Positions 49,763 to 60,110 are shown, counted from the stretch's first letter. The stretch: 64,000 nt of DNA from a candidate division Kazan bacterium RIFCSPHIGHO2_01_FULL_44_14 (GCA_001771185.1 METB01000001.1:94520-158519); one strand, 5' to 3'. Program-made: numbers and translations. The notes: a model not told the origin generated them from the sequence alone.

Positions 49763-50904
49763 TCAATCTCGAGCACAAATCTATTCGAATCATTCATATC
49801 TCTGTATAGCGAGAGTGTACGTCCAATTAGATTTGTGCGAGCTATATATTCCGAAAACGGCCCCCAGCTGAGACGGGTCATTGCGTTTCTTTGTCTGTAG
49901 GTTGTACTTGTAGTGTCGGTGCTGTGATGAATATCCAGAGCAAGCTCACCACAGTACACGCCCTTTATTATAAGTTGAAATGTCGCGCTGGATTCTTCTA
50001 CATTACCAGTTGGACTAGGTGTCCATATCAGGTGGCTAAACACAACATCTCTAAAATAATGTCTGTGATCTATGTGGGTATCGAGAAGACCCTTGTCCAG
50101 GTTAATAGAGCCCGTACGATGTGTTTGTGCCGCTTGGGGAATATTAAGATCTCTTTCGGTGAGAGGCTTACTATCCCAGACTAGTTCAAGATTTGATGCA
50201 GGTTGGACAGGAACGTTCTCTATATTTTGATTCTGTGGGATTATTGTAGCTGCAACTATTTCTCTACGGAGGGGGGTAGTTCTGAGTTGTATACGTGTTA
50301 TAGTATCGTCGACAGACCTTGCTGTTACAGGGTGAGGTGAGGAGGTTTTTGATTCATCAAGTAGCCGACCACTTGATTGTAGATGAGCCAGTTCTTCTTT
50401 GGTGTTAACTAAAAAAATATGCTCTGGGTCGCAAGTCATTAAGTCAAGGAGTTGATCTTGGACATTCAAAACTATGTCATGATCTGCAGTAATATTCAAA
50501 TCTAATGTGAGTGCCAAACTAGACTCTATGTTATTATTCAGACCACCGATAGTGAGATTAGCACTTCCTATCACCATCCTTGCTTCGTTGGGACCTTTGG
50601 CAAAGTAGAGTTTGGGGTGAAAAATAACAGTGCGGGCCCCCGTATCTACCACATAGAGGGTCACTCCCAAATCAATTAATCTTTCTAGACCTTGTAGGGA
50701 AGTTATATCGTTGCGTATACCCACAAAGAACTTTGCCCTGTCTACGAACGGACGCAGAGCTTCTTCAATAAGGCGAACTCCGTCATTATTCACAAAGGCA
50801 ATACTGAAAATAATCTCTTCTATTTCAGGAGTTTCTAGCACTGTTTTTACTGCTTGAACATGGGTATCCGCAGTAAAACCTTGGAGGATAAAACGTGTGG
50901 GCAT
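49759..50904 (-). CDS. Phospholipase-D-superfamily (HKD) nuclease; putative BfiI-like restriction endonuclease
   Basis: FHPKLYFAKGPNEARMVIGSANLTIGGL is the HxK(x)4D...GSxN HKD motif in the N-terminal half. The ~200-aa C-terminal domain is a candidate DNA-binding domain. The gene is convergent with the MTase, and the 3' ends overlap by 4 nt. Confidence 0.75.
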   Translation of the reverse strand: MPTRFILQGFTADTHVQAVKTVLETPEIEEIIFSIAFVNNDGVRLIEEALRPFVDRAKFFVGIRNDITSLQGLERLIDLGVTLYVVDTGARTVIFHPKLYFAKGPNEARMVIGSANLTIGGLNNNIESSLALTLDLNITADHDIVLNVQDQLLDLMTCDPEHIFLVNTKEELAHLQSSGRLLDESKTSSPHPVTARSVDDTITRIQLRTTPLRREIVAATIIPQNQNIENVPVQPASNLELVWDSKPLTERDLNIPQAAQTHRTGSINLDKGLLDTHIDHRHYFRDVVFSHLIWTPSPTGNVEESSATFQLIIKGVYCGELALDIHHSTDTTSTTYRQRNAMTRLSWGPFSEYIARTNLIGRTLSLYRDMNDSNRFVLEID

Positions 50905-50939
50905 TTTTACTTGTGTAGAAACTATATATCTTGGCTGGC

Positions 50940-52220
50940 CTAGAGAGACCCTGACCCCCCTACCGGCAGCTTATCCGTGCCCTGTGTCTGACTGACGGAG
51001 GGTATTTGAGGGCTGACAGGAGAAACTTTATTAGATTCTCGAGGCTCTACCTCAATGGGTTGAAGTTGAGAAATCGATTCAACGGAAGCACCGAGTTCCT
51101 TGAGTCTTTCAACTTGAGGGAGCACCATACTATCTAACGAGCCAACAGCCGAATTGTATTTTTTAGTGGCACTTGACAGATTACTCCCAATACCTACAAA
51201 GTGTTCTGCAAAAGTTTTTAATCTAATTCCTAGGGTGCCCACTTGTTTCATTATTTCGACTGCATTTTCTGCAGCCTTGTGTTGCTTCCATGCATGAGCA
51301 ATTAGAAGTATCAAAGGCATGATTGTAGCCGGACTGGCTAACATAACACTTTTGTTCTGGGCTTCCCTGTATAGGCTGGGATCTTTTTCGAAGACGGCTC
51401 TGACCGCAGCTTCACCTGGGATAAACATAATGACGTACGGGATACGATTATCCAAATATCTCTGGTATTCTTTGGTAGATAATGCTTTAACCCGATTCTT
51501 AAGACTAGTAGAAAATAAACCAAGGTGTCTCTCCTTTTCCGCTTCATCAGTGGTCTCTACAGCCCTCATAAAATCTTCAAGACTAGCTTTAGAATCAACG
51601 GCAAGTTTGAGCCCCCCAGGTAAATTAATAATGATGTCTGGTCGTAATGAAGATTCTTCTCCGGATAAAGTTTGTTGAACCAGAAAGTCCGTGCCTTCTT
51701 GTAAACCACATTCAGTAAGAATGTTTTTTAAGACAGTCTCACCCCACCTCCCCCTCACCGGACTGGCAGAAGACAAAACGGCTTTTAGTGACAACGTACT
51801 TTGTTCAATTTTCGTACCCGTATCTAACACCCGTTTAATGCTTTCTCCCAAAGCCCCAAATTGTTCATTTCTCTGTGTTTCCCAGCTTGCAACTTTCTCA
51901 TTGACCGATTTAACTGATTTATCAATATTATCGGCTATATTTTTAAAGCCAGTCTCTTTATGCTCCAAGTCTGTATTAATGACTTCCCGGGCTGACTTAA
52001 ATTGCTCAAGAAAATCCCGAGAGTGCTGTCGTAAAACCTCATTAGCTACGGACTTAAATCGATCACTGAGTTCTTCTTCGGTTTTTTGTATTGCGGTAGA
52101 TATTTTTTGCTCCGCCACGATTTCGGCATCTTTTCTTGCATTTTTAATAAATCCGGCTATAAAATAGCCCACCAGTCCCCCCAGAACAAAAGTCGCGACA
52201 GGAACTAAGTAAAGCATCAT
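50940..52220 (-). CDS. rmuC: DNA recombination protein RmuC
   Basis: N-terminal TM plus coiled coil, then the RmuC core RGRWGETVLKNIL...LPGG...KASLEDF. Confidence 0.85.
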   Translation of the reverse strand: MMLYLVPVATFVLGGLVGYFIAGFIKNARKDAEIVAEQKISTAIQKTEEELSDRFKSVANEVLRQHSRDFLEQFKSAREVINTDLEHKETGFKNIADNIDKSVKSVNEKVASWETQRNEQFGALGESIKRVLDTGTKIEQSTLSLKAVLSSASPVRGRWGETVLKNILTECGLQEGTDFLVQQTLSGEESSLRPDIIINLPGGLKLAVDSKASLEDFMRAVETTDEAEKERHLGLFSTSLKNRVKALSTKEYQRYLDNRIPYVIMFIPGEAAVRAVFEKDPSLYREAQNKSVMLASPATIMPLILLIAHAWKQHKAAENAVEIMKQVGTLGIRLKTFAEHFVGIGSNLSSATKKYNSAVGSLDSMVLPQVERLKELGASVESISQLQPIEVEPRESNKVSPVSPQIPSVSQTQGTDKLPVGGSGSL

Positions 52221-52304
52221 CGTGAATTTAATTAGTTATATTTAAAATTGATAGCTTATAATCCTCCTGGGGAGACGGGCGGGTCGCTTGACTCGCGCAC
52301 TTGA

Positions 52305-52378
52305 TGGCAGGGGCGAGAGGAGTCGGACCTCTACTTAGAGTTTTGGAGACTCTCGTGATACCGTTTCACTACGCCCCT
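52305..52378 (-). tRNA. tRNA-Trp (anticodon CCA)
   Basis: The manual fold has acceptor AGGGGCG/CGCCCCT, D-stem GTGA/TCAC, anticodon stem AGAGT/ACTCT with loop CTCCAAA, T-arm AGAGG-TCCGACT-CCTCT and an encoded GCCA. Confidence 0.85.
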
Positions 52379-52406
52379 ATATCTGGTACACAGGTGTATT
52401 TTATCA

Positions 52407-52436
52407 CAAACCCCGCTACTGGGGCGGGGGTTTCGA
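52407..52436. terminator. Bidirectional GC hairpin / terminator between tRNA-Trp and rpmG
   Basis: aaaccccgc-tactgg-ggcggggg-ttt; stem CCCCGC/GCGGGG with A/T runs on both sides. Confidence 0.45.
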
Positions 52437-52594
52437 CAGGCGATTCTATAAGATTCTGGTCGCGCTTCGTTTGCCAGAATGACCCTTCTACGCTCTGGTG
52501 AGCTACGCAGGGCTACGCGAAAGAGAGAAAAAATGGATCCCTGCCTTCGCGGGAATGACAAACACTACCCTCACCCGCTCGTTCTCACTACTCA

Positions 52595-52777
52595 CTATTT
52601 GGTCTCTTTGTGCTCGGTGGTTTTTTTGCAAAGACGACAGAATTTCTTCCGTTCCAGTCGGTCAGGAGTATTCTTGGGGTTTTTGCGGGTTGAATAAGAC
52701 GCCCGTTTGCACTCGGTACACATCAACTTGATGATGGGACGCTTAATCTTTTTTTGAACTTTACCTTTTTGAGCCAT
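52595..52777 (-). CDS. rpmG: 50S ribosomal protein L33
   Basis: [58 protein letters not shown] matches L33, including the Cys4 zinc ribbon. Confidence 0.85.
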   Translation of the reverse strand: MAQKGKVQKKIKRPIIKLMCTECKRASYSTRKNPKNTPDRLERKKFCRLCKKTTEHKETK

Positions 52778-52902
52778 AATATTTAATAAATACTAAATTC
52801 TAATATCTAAATCTTAAACAAGCACGAAATTCTAAATTATAAACAGGTTTGAGAAATTGGGATTTGGGGTTTGTTTAGTGTTTAGGATTTCTAATTTAGA
52901 GT

Positions 52903-53766
52903 TTAGACCTTCTTTACCTGAAGGAAGTCCAACTCGACGGGGGTTTCGCGGCCAAAGATAGATACCAACACTTTAATTTTACCCCGCTCTTCGTCTACTT
53001 CAGAAACAGTCCCGTCGTAATTCTTGAATGGGCCATCATTGATGTGGACCAAATCACCCACTCGTAAATCAATCTTGTACTTGGGTTCTTCGACTGCCAT
53101 CCGCTTGAGAATTGTCTTAATTTCAGTATCTGATACTGGGACTGGCACAGTGCCAGAACCGATAAAGCCGGTGACATTCGGAGTATTGCGAACGACATAC
53201 CAAGAATCCTCGGTTACATTCATATTTACCAGTACATAGCCGGGGAAAATTTTCTTTTCCACCGTTTTGCGCTTACCGGCCCGAATTTCAATTTGATTTT
53301 CTTTGGGGACTAAGACATCAAAGATTTTATCCTGCATGTCCAAAGAAGCAATTCTTTGATGTAAACTTTCAGCCACGGCGTCTTCGTAACCAGAATAAGT
53401 ATGTAGAACATACCACTGGCCAGGCCATTTAGTACTGGTAGTTGAAGCGTCCACGGCTGGAGCAATGGTTGGCTCTTCTTGAACATCATCGTCCTCTTCT
53501 TCGGCTTCCACAACCGATTCGGTTACGTCAGTTACGGTATCAGGAACTGTCTCTTCTTCGATATCGACTGCAGGGACTTCTTCGGCGACCGGCTCTGGAT
53601 TAGCGTCTTCTGCTGGAACTGCATTGTCCCCCACTACCTCCATAGGAGTTTCTTCCTCCTTCGCCAAGGATTCCTCCTGCGTTAAAACTTCAGAGGACTC
53701 ATGGTCGGAGGGCTGCACCTCTGGCTTGTCTGGTTGAATTGATTGATCTTGGTCTTGGTCGGTCAT
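52903..53766 (-). CDS. nusG: Transcription termination/antitermination factor NusG with a ~110-aa acidic N-terminal extension
   Basis: The NGN domain is [18 protein letters not shown] and the KOW is [21 protein letters not shown]. The N-terminus is a D/E/P/V-rich low-complexity stretch. Confidence 0.9.
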   Translation of the reverse strand: MTDQDQDQSIQPDKPEVQPSDHESSEVLTQEESLAKEEETPMEVVGDNAVPAEDANPEPVAEEVPAVDIEEETVPDTVTDVTESVVEAEEEDDDVQEEPTIAPAVDASTTSTKWPGQWYVLHTYSGYEDAVAESLHQRIASLDMQDKIFDVLVPKENQIEIRAGKRKTVEKKIFPGYVLVNMNVTEDSWYVVRNTPNVTGFIGSGTVPVPVSDTEIKTILKRMAVEEPKYKIDLRVGDLVHINDGPFKNYDGTVSEVDEERGKIKVLVSIFGRETPVELDFLQVKKV

Positions 53767-53771
53767 TTGGT

Positions 53772-54080
53772 TTATTGAGTTACATCGATATTGCCATTAC
53801 TGGTCTGGATGTCTCCCACATTAATATCCGGCGCAGTAACGGTTTGGCTGGACTGATTAGACGAACTAGACAGAGCGGTCAAATATTTAATTCCGGTAGT
53901 AAAGATATAATCGACTCCGCCAATAAAAACGGCAAAAATTAACGAGACGCCAATTACTACCAAAGTTAGGTTGATAACTGTCCGCCGACTTGGCCAAGTT
54001 ACTTTGGCTAATTCAGTTCTGGCTTCATGGAAAAATTTTAGAATGGATTTAAACATTTTGAGAAGATAGATTCTGGACAA
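53772..54080 (-). CDS. secE: Preprotein translocase subunit SecE (with a C-terminal extension)
   Basis: [45 protein letters not shown] is the SecE TM motif. It is immediately upstream of nusG. Confidence 0.8.
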   Translation of the reverse strand: MSRIYLLKMFKSILKFFHEARTELAKVTWPSRRTVINLTLVVIGVSLIFAVFIGGVDYIFTTGIKYLTALSSSSNQSSQTVTAPDINVGDIQTSNGNIDVTQ

Positions 54081-54287
54081 ACCAGAATGACGAATATTAT
54101 TTTCTTTTCTGGATTCCCGCCTGCCTGGGAATGACAGAGAGTGGCGCGGGAATGACGAAAGGTGGAGTGAGGAGCAGACGGAATAAAATCTTGATAGGGA
54201 GGGAGAGCAGTGAGCTTGGCCTTTAGGCCGGTCTTTTGCCCGTGAGCGTCGAGAGGGAACCCACTGGGTTCCTCTCGAAACGTTAAT

Positions 54288-54701
54288 TTAACGCTTCGAG
54301 AACTGCGGTGCCCGACGAGCTCGTCTTAAACCTGGCTTCTTGCGCTCTTTGACTCTCGCATCACGGGTAAGTAAACCGGCTTTTTTCAGTGAGGTCTTCA
54401 TATCGACATCAAAAGCGACCAGTGCCCGGGCAATTCCGTGACGAATTGCATCGGCTTGAGCAGCGATTCCGCCACCAGAAACCCGAGCTGAAACATCAAA
54501 ACTCTTGGCCATGCCGGTCAATTTTAACGGTTCCATCACCACCTCGGTCAAATGGGAAGGATTGAAATACTTCTCCCCTTTTTGATTGTTAACCACTAAC
54601 TTACCGTCTTTCCCTTTGTATAACCGCACCCGCGCAGTAGCGGTTTTGCGGCGACCAGTGCCATAGAAATATTGTCCAGTAAAAACAGTTGAACTCTCCA
54701 T
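54288..54701 (-). CDS. rpsI: 30S ribosomal protein S9
   Basis: [15 protein letters not shown] near the N-terminus; C-terminus ...[12 protein letters not shown]. Confidence 0.92.
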   Translation of the reverse strand: MESSTVFTGQYFYGTGRRKTATARVRLYKGKDGKLVVNNQKGEKYFNPSHLTEVVMEPLKLTGMAKSFDVSARVSGGGIAAQADAIRHGIARALVAFDVDMKTSLKKAGLLTRDARVKERKKPGLRRARRAPQFSKR

Positions 54702-54733
54702 TAGTTTGAAATTTGTAATTTGTAATTTGACAT

Positions 54734-55168
54734 TTATATATTCACCGGTTTAGGTTGTTGACCAACATGGGGATGTTCGGCCCCAGCGTAAATCTTTAAC
54801 CGATTCATTAATACATGACGCAATTTATTTTTGGGCAACATCCCGTCCACGGCATGCTCCAACACTCGCGTTGGATGCTGGTCAATTAATTGCTGGGCTG
54901 TTCGGGTCTTCAGCCCACCGGGATAACCGCTGTGACGCGAATAGGTCTTGGCCAACAATTTATTGCCGGTCAATTTCACTGTTTCAGCATTAACAACAAT
55001 CACATTGGTTTTGGCATCGACTGCTCCATTGAATTGAGGCATGTCTTTGCCCATTAATAATTTAGCGATGCCCGTAGCCAGCCGTCCGAGCACCCGATCT
55101 TTGGCGTCCACTAAAAACCAGCGTTCTGGAAGTTGATGAGATGGAATATGTGGCGTTGCCTTTTTCAT
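54734..55168 (-). CDS. rplM: 50S ribosomal protein L13
   Basis: [25 protein letters not shown]; conserved position upstream of rpsI. Confidence 0.92.
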   Translation of the reverse strand: MKKATPHIPSHQLPERWFLVDAKDRVLGRLATGIAKLLMGKDMPQFNGAVDAKTNVIVVNAETVKLTGNKLLAKTYSRHSGYPGGLKTRTAQQLIDQHPTRVLEHAVDGMLPKNKLRHVLMNRLKIYAGAEHPHVGQQPKPVNI

Positions 55169-55225
55169 TGTTGATACATAATAGTCCTTCGACTCGGCTA
55201 ATGCCTCGCTCGGGAAATAAAATTT

Positions 55226-55579
55226 TTAGACAAATTCAATAATGGCGGTGGGAGCGGCATCACCGGCTCGAAAGCCCTTTTTGACCACTCGAACATAACC
55301 GCCAACCCGAGTTTTATAGCGAGGAGCGATGACCAGCATCATTTTTTTAACTACCACCTGGTTGTTATACAGTTCCCCCATCAACTTTTGCTTAGCAGCC
55401 AGAGTACCTAGTTTGGCCGTGGTCATCATCTTTTCAATTTTTGGCTTCAAGGCCTTGGCTTTGGCCTCTGTAGTCTCAATCCGCTCGTGCAAAATTAAAG
55501 CAGTTAGCAGACCTTTTAACAAAGCCGACCGTTGCCCTTTTACCCGACCTAATTTAGTCCCCGTCATCCGATGTCGCAT
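55226..55579 (-). CDS. rplQ: 50S ribosomal protein L17
   Basis: MRHRMTGTKLGRVKGQRSALLKGLLTALILHERIETT. Confidence 0.92.
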   Translation of the reverse strand: MRHRMTGTKLGRVKGQRSALLKGLLTALILHERIETTEAKAKALKPKIEKMMTTAKLGTLAAKQKLMGELYNNQVVVKKMMLVIAPRYKTRVGGYVRVVKKGFRAGDAAPTAIIEFV

Positions 55580-55631
55580 AAAATCAATTAAAAATTAAAA
55601 ATGAATAATTAAAAAATGTGGAATAAAGAAA

Positions 55632-56567
55632 TTATGAATTATCAGGGTTGAATTCCAGACCCAGCTCTTCCAGTTTGGCGACGATTTCATCTAATGCCTT
55701 GGCGCCTAAACCCTTTAGACCTTGCAATTTTTCGGCGCCCAATTCCAAAATGTCGCTAACTTTTTTAATCCCGTTATTGACCAGGGCATTGGTGGTACGA
55801 ATCGATAAATTAATTTCGTCAATATTGAAGTCGCGGACATCACCCGTCACCGTTTCTTCTTCTTCAACTGGAACCTCAATGTCTGATGGAGTTGCTCCAA
55901 ACACACTCAACTGATTCGATAAAATTTGAGCACTCTGCTTTAACGCTTCATCGGGAGCAATCGTGCCGTTAGTTAGAATGTCGAGTGTTAGTTTGTCATA
56001 GTTAACCGCTTCACCGACTCGAGTTGGTTCCACTTTGAAAGCGACTTTCTGGACCGGAGAAAAAGCGGCGTCAATCGCAATTGTTCCAATCGAAAAACTT
56101 TCATCATTAATTTCTTCGCTGGGCAGATAGCCCCGACCAGACGCCACTCGGATTTCCATGTCGAGAGTAGATTTATCAGACAAGGTAGCAATTTCATTCT
56201 CTGGATTCAAGAGTTCAACAGAACTGGGCAACTGCAGGTCGGCGCCAGTAATCATACCGGCTTTAGTGGCATGCAGTTTAATCACAACTGGACCGGCTTC
56301 ATGCAGTTTAAAGCAAAGCCGTTTGAGGTTCAAAACTATCTGCACCGCATCTTCTGTGACTCCTGGGATTGCGGAAAATTCGTGATCGATACCGGAAATT
56401 TTAACGGCCACCACGGCCGCCCCGGGTAGTGAACTTAATAAAATCCTCCGGATGGCATTGCCGATGGTAGTGCCATAACCCGGAAAGAACGGTTCTACGA
56501 TAAAGACCGCCCGATTACCGGCTTTTTCTTCTATTTTGATGCTTGGCAGATTAATCTCATTGATCAT
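55632..56567 (-). CDS. rpoA: DNA-directed RNA polymerase subunit alpha
   Basis: N-terminal domain ...EPFFPGYGTTIGNAIRRILLSSLPG and a C-terminal alpha-CTD; it sits between rpsD and rplQ. Confidence 0.93.
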   Translation of the reverse strand: MINEINLPSIKIEEKAGNRAVFIVEPFFPGYGTTIGNAIRRILLSSLPGAAVVAVKISGIDHEFSAIPGVTEDAVQIVLNLKRLCFKLHEAGPVVIKLHATKAGMITGADLQLPSSVELLNPENEIATLSDKSTLDMEIRVASGRGYLPSEEINDESFSIGTIAIDAAFSPVQKVAFKVEPTRVGEAVNYDKLTLDILTNGTIAPDEALKQSAQILSNQLSVFGATPSDIEVPVEEEETVTGDVRDFNIDEINLSIRTTNALVNNGIKKVSDILELGAEKLQGLKGLGAKALDEIVAKLEELGLEFNPDNS

Positions 56568-56590
56568 AAGTAGCTCCCCAATAAAAATTA

Positions 56591-57217
56591 TTACCTTGAA
56601 TAGAACTCAATAATTAATTTTTCGTTGAACGGAACTTCGATTTCGTCACGGATTGGCAGAGAGATTACTTCAATACTGAACTTACTAGAATCAACTTTCA
56701 ACCAGCTAACTGGTTTATTGGCTTTTATGGTCTCTTCCAACTTGGTTTTAATCGCCGGTTTAGTGATGGACAAAGTGATTACATCACCCGGTCGAACTTG
56801 GATCGAAGGGACATCGACTTTACGACCGTTTAGTGAAAAATGTCCATGGCTAACTAACTGACGAGCCGCCGGATGTGAATCTACTAGACCGGCCCGATAG
56901 ATAACATTGTCTAACCGAGTTTCGACGCCAATCAACATCGCAATGTCGGTTGAACTGGTCTGGCGCTTTCCTGCCGTGTAATATTTTTTCAGTTGCTTGG
57001 CCGTTAGGTGATAAAACACTCTGGCCTTTTGCTTCTCTTTCAACTGTTGACCATAGCCAGTTAACCTGACAAATGCCCGTTTCTTGCCATGAATACCTGG
57101 CGGCTGCTTGCGATGCAGTTTAACATACTTAGCCGCAGCGGCACGATCACCGCTCATGGCGAATTCTTCGCCGAGCCCCCGGACTTTTTTCATGGTTGGA
57201 CCAGTATATCTACCCAT
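56591..57217 (-). CDS. rpsD: 30S ribosomal protein S4
   Basis: MGRYTGPTMKKVRGLGEEF..., an S4 domain. Confidence 0.92.
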   Translation of the reverse strand: MGRYTGPTMKKVRGLGEEFAMSGDRAAAAKYVKLHRKQPPGIHGKKRAFVRLTGYGQQLKEKQKARVFYHLTAKQLKKYYTAGKRQTSSTDIAMLIGVETRLDNVIYRAGLVDSHPAARQLVSHGHFSLNGRKVDVPSIQVRPGDVITLSITKPAIKTKLEETIKANKPVSWLKVDSSKFSIEVISLPIRDEIEVPFNEKLIIEFYSR

Positions 57218-57253
57218 AAAATAAATTTCTAATGACTAATGACAAATTTCTAA

Positions 57254-57718
57254 TTATACGCGCCGCGCTTTACGCGCTCGGGGGCCATTATGAGGGATTG
57301 GAGTCATGTCTTTAATCGATGTTACATCCACACCGGCTTGGGCAATTGCCCGAATCGCTGCATCCCGACCAGTTCCGACGCCCTGGACAAAAATTTGAAG
57401 ACGCTGCAAACCGGTAGTAAGAGCTTTGCCAATCGCAGCCGAAGCGGCCTTGGAAGCGGCGAAAGAAGTTGACTTTTTCGAACCACGGAAACCCTGCTGT
57501 CCGGCTGAACCAGTGGCGATTACTCTGCCTTCAGTATCGGTAATGGTAATCAGGGTGTTATTAAAGGTGGACTTAATATAAACCCGACCCTCAACCACAT
57601 TTAGCTTGACCCGCTTTTTCTTTGGTTTAGCAGCCGCCTTAGCCGCCATGGCTTGTTGCTTGGCTTCGGACTTCTTGCCCTTCTCTGCCTTCTTTTGTAA
57701 TCTTTTCTTTCTCGACAT
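57254..57718 (-). CDS. rpsK: 30S ribosomal protein S11 (with a Lys/Ala-rich N-terminal extension)
   Basis: GRVYIKSTFNNTLITITDTEGRVIATGSAGQQGFRGSKKSTSFAA. Confidence 0.9.
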   Translation of the reverse strand: MSRKKRLQKKAEKGKKSEAKQQAMAAKAAAKPKKKRVKLNVVEGRVYIKSTFNNTLITITDTEGRVIATGSAGQQGFRGSKKSTSFAASKAASAAIGKALTTGLQRLQIFVQGVGTGRDAAIRAIAQAGVDVTSIKDMTPIPHNGPRARKARRV

Positions 57719-57805
57719 AATAAGTAATGAGTTATTAGTTGCGAGTTATGAGTGATAGAGATGACTTTGCTCTCACTACTCAATTCTCGTTACTCGATAC
57801 TGCTT

Positions 57806-58192
57806 CTAGGTCTTATCTCCGGTCTTCTTCCGGCCACTGCCCATCGTTACCCGCTTACCGCGCTTGGTTCTGGCATTGGTCTTGGTTCGCTGACCATGTA
57901 CTGGCAATTTGCGAGCGTGACGCTGACCCCGGTAACTGCCAATATCTCTTAGTCGTCTAATATTTGTAGACACCTCTCTCCGTAAATCCCCTTCAACTAC
58001 CGATTGTTTTTCGACTAATTCTCTTAACTTAGCTTCTTCGCTTTCGGTTAAATCTTTAGTCCGCGTGGTTGGATCAATCTTGGCGTTAGCCAGAATATCG
58101 GCACTCAACTGCCGACCAATACCATAAATCGCCGTCAAAGCGATGTCGATTTTTTTCTTGTCATCCAAGTTAATTCCAGCTAGTCGAACCAT
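57806..58192 (-). CDS. rpsM: 30S ribosomal protein S13
   Basis: MVRLAGINLDDKKKIDIALTAIYGIGRQLS. Confidence 0.92.
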   Translation of the reverse strand: MVRLAGINLDDKKKIDIALTAIYGIGRQLSADILANAKIDPTTRTKDLTESEEAKLRELVEKQSVVEGDLRREVSTNIRRLRDIGSYRGQRHARKLPVHGQRTKTNARTKRGKRVTMGSGRKKTGDKT

Positions 58193-58289
58193 TATGAATA
58201 ATTAAGAATGAAGAATGAAGAATTTTGGCAGTTCCGATTTATCTGAGTTCCGAACATTTTTAATTTTTACTTTTTAATTTGTAATTATT

Positions 58290-58403
58290 TTAACCTTGTC
58301 TCTGCTTATGTTTTTTAGTTGGACAGATGACCATCACTACACCCTCCCGCTTGATGACACGACATTTTTTGCAGATAGGTTTTACTGAAGCTGAAACTTT
58401 CAT
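58290..58403 (-). CDS. rpmJ: 50S ribosomal protein L36
   Basis: [37 protein letters not shown] is a 37-aa L36 with a zinc ribbon. The start was trimmed from the longer ORF to the conserved MKV. Confidence 0.88.
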   Translation of the reverse strand: MKVSASVKPICKKCRVIKREGVVMVICPTKKHKQRQG

Positions 58404-58443
58404 TCTTTCTTTGTTCTCTTTACTAGATACTAGATACTGAATA

Positions 58444-58659
58444 CTACTTATGTCGATAGGTGATTCTCCCCTTCTCAATATCGTAGGGGCTCATTTCAAC
58501 GGACACCTTATCCCCGGGCAAAATCTTAATATAATGCATCCGCATCTTGCCGGAAATATGGGCTAAAATGATATGGCCACCCTCAATTTCCACCTTGAAG
58601 GTGGCATTGGGGAGGGCTTCTACCACGGTGCCCTCAAGTTCGATTACCTGCTTATCTGA
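58444..58659 (-). CDS. infA: Translation initiation factor IF-1
   Basis: [61 protein letters not shown]. The ORF continues 5 codons further upstream. Confidence 0.9.
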   Translation of the reverse strand, partial: SDKQVIELEGTVVEALPNATFKVEIEGGHIILAHISGKMRMHYIKILPGDKVSVEMSPYDIEKGRITYRHK

Positions 58660-58770
58660 CATAAAAATTATCACCGCCAGAGGCGGGACACCCTGCTAAC
58701 ATCTATTAACTATATGTAAATCAACACTTGGCGGTGGCTTTGCCTATTATTCTATTTTTCCCTGGATTAG

Positions 58771-59538
58771 TCAAGATTTAGGGCTCCCAATGAGCGTTTC
58801 CAAAGGAGTAATCACCTCGTACCCCTGGTCGGTCACCAAAACGGTATGTTCAAACTCGGCGACCGGTTTACCATCGGCTGTCCTGACACTCCAGTCATCT
58901 GCTTCGGTAATGGTCTCTTCATCGCCCAGACCAACAATCGGCTCAATGGCAAGGGCCGTCCCGGCGATTAGAGTTGGACTGGAGCCAGGAGTAGTAAAGT
59001 TAGGAATCATCGGGTTCTCGTGAAGCCGATGGCCTACCCCATGCCCGACAAACTGACGGAAAATGGTTAGCCCCTTGCCTGTGAGAGTTTTTTCAATGGC
59101 GCCGGAGACAGCGCTGACCTTGGCACCGGACCTGACTTCACTAGTCCCAGCCAACAGCGCCGCGTAGGCACCGTCCATTAATCGTTTTACAATCGGACTA
59201 ACTTGCCCAACCGCCCAAGTCACCGCCGCATCAGTATGCAGACCGCGATAATACAAACCCATGTCAACTGTGATAATATCGCCTGCCTGCAAAACCGTGT
59301 CGCTGGGAATACAATGAACTACTTGGTCATTCACGCAGAGACAAACTGGTGCCGGATATCCTTCAAATCCCTGGAACGATGGCAGACCACCTTGGCGTTT
59401 AGCTTCAGTTTCAGCCAAACGAGACAAAGTTTGTAAGTTGGTTCCAGGTTTTATTTCCCGGCGCAGTCGTTCCAGAATTAAGACCAGACGACGTCCTCCC
59501 TCCCGCAGATCGGCAATTTCTTCGTCAGTCAATTTCAT
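58771..59538 (-). CDS. map: Methionine aminopeptidase (type I)
   Basis: Pita-bread fold motifs (DMGLYYRGLHTDAAVTW, HGVGHRLHE); it follows adk in the conserved operon. Confidence 0.9.
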   Translation of the reverse strand: MKLTDEEIADLREGGRRLVLILERLRREIKPGTNLQTLSRLAETEAKRQGGLPSFQGFEGYPAPVCLCVNDQVVHCIPSDTVLQAGDIITVDMGLYYRGLHTDAAVTWAVGQVSPIVKRLMDGAYAALLAGTSEVRSGAKVSAVSGAIEKTLTGKGLTIFRQFVGHGVGHRLHENPMIPNFTTPGSSPTLIAGTALAIEPIVGLGDEETITEADDWSVRTADGKPVAEFEHTVLVTDQGYEVITPLETLIGSPKS

Positions 59539-60110
59539 AAGCCGAGTACCTGATTAATGGTCTGCTTCACTTTGGCTACAGTTTGGTCTCCATCAACTAT
59601 AATCAACCGGTGAGTTTTTTTAAAATACGGTAGCAACTTTTTGGCTTGATTTTGAAAAATATTAATTCGCCGTTTGATTACAACCGGGTTTTGGTCATCG
59701 GGCCGACCTTGGGTATTGGCTCGATGCAATAATCGAGCCCGAATGACTGACACCGACAGTTTCAAATACACCATCACAACCTTTCGACCGGCTCGATCAA
59801 GCAAACTTTCCAAATCCTTCACCTGCGCATCGCTCCTGGGATAACCATCAAAGAGAATTGGCTGACGACTGGCCAACTGCAGATAATTTCTGACGATTTG
59901 TTTAGTTACAACTCTTGGGATTAGCCGGCCAGTATTGGTCATCGCTTTGACGCGTTTGGCCAACTCTGAACGACCTTGGGCTAGGTGCCTAATCTCTGCT
60001 CCCATATCCAAATGATGGGCTTTTAATTTTTTAACCAACAATTCGGCTTGGGTTCCTTTACCAGAACCGGGGCCACCATACAAGATAATATCGGAATTAA
60101 ATTTCGTCAT
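59535..60110 (-). CDS. adk: Adenylate kinase (short form without a zinc LID)
   Basis: ILYGGPGSGKGTQAE P-loop; conserved position after secY. Confidence 0.9.
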   Translation of the reverse strand: MTKFNSDIILYGGPGSGKGTQAELLVKKLKAHHLDMGAEIRHLAQGRSELAKRVKAMTNTGRLIPRVVTKQIVRNYLQLASRQPILFDGYPRSDAQVKDLESLLDRAGRKVVMVYLKLSVSVIRARLLHRANTQGRPDDQNPVVIKRRINIFQNQAKKLLPYFKKTHRLIIVDGDQTVAKVKQTINQVLGL

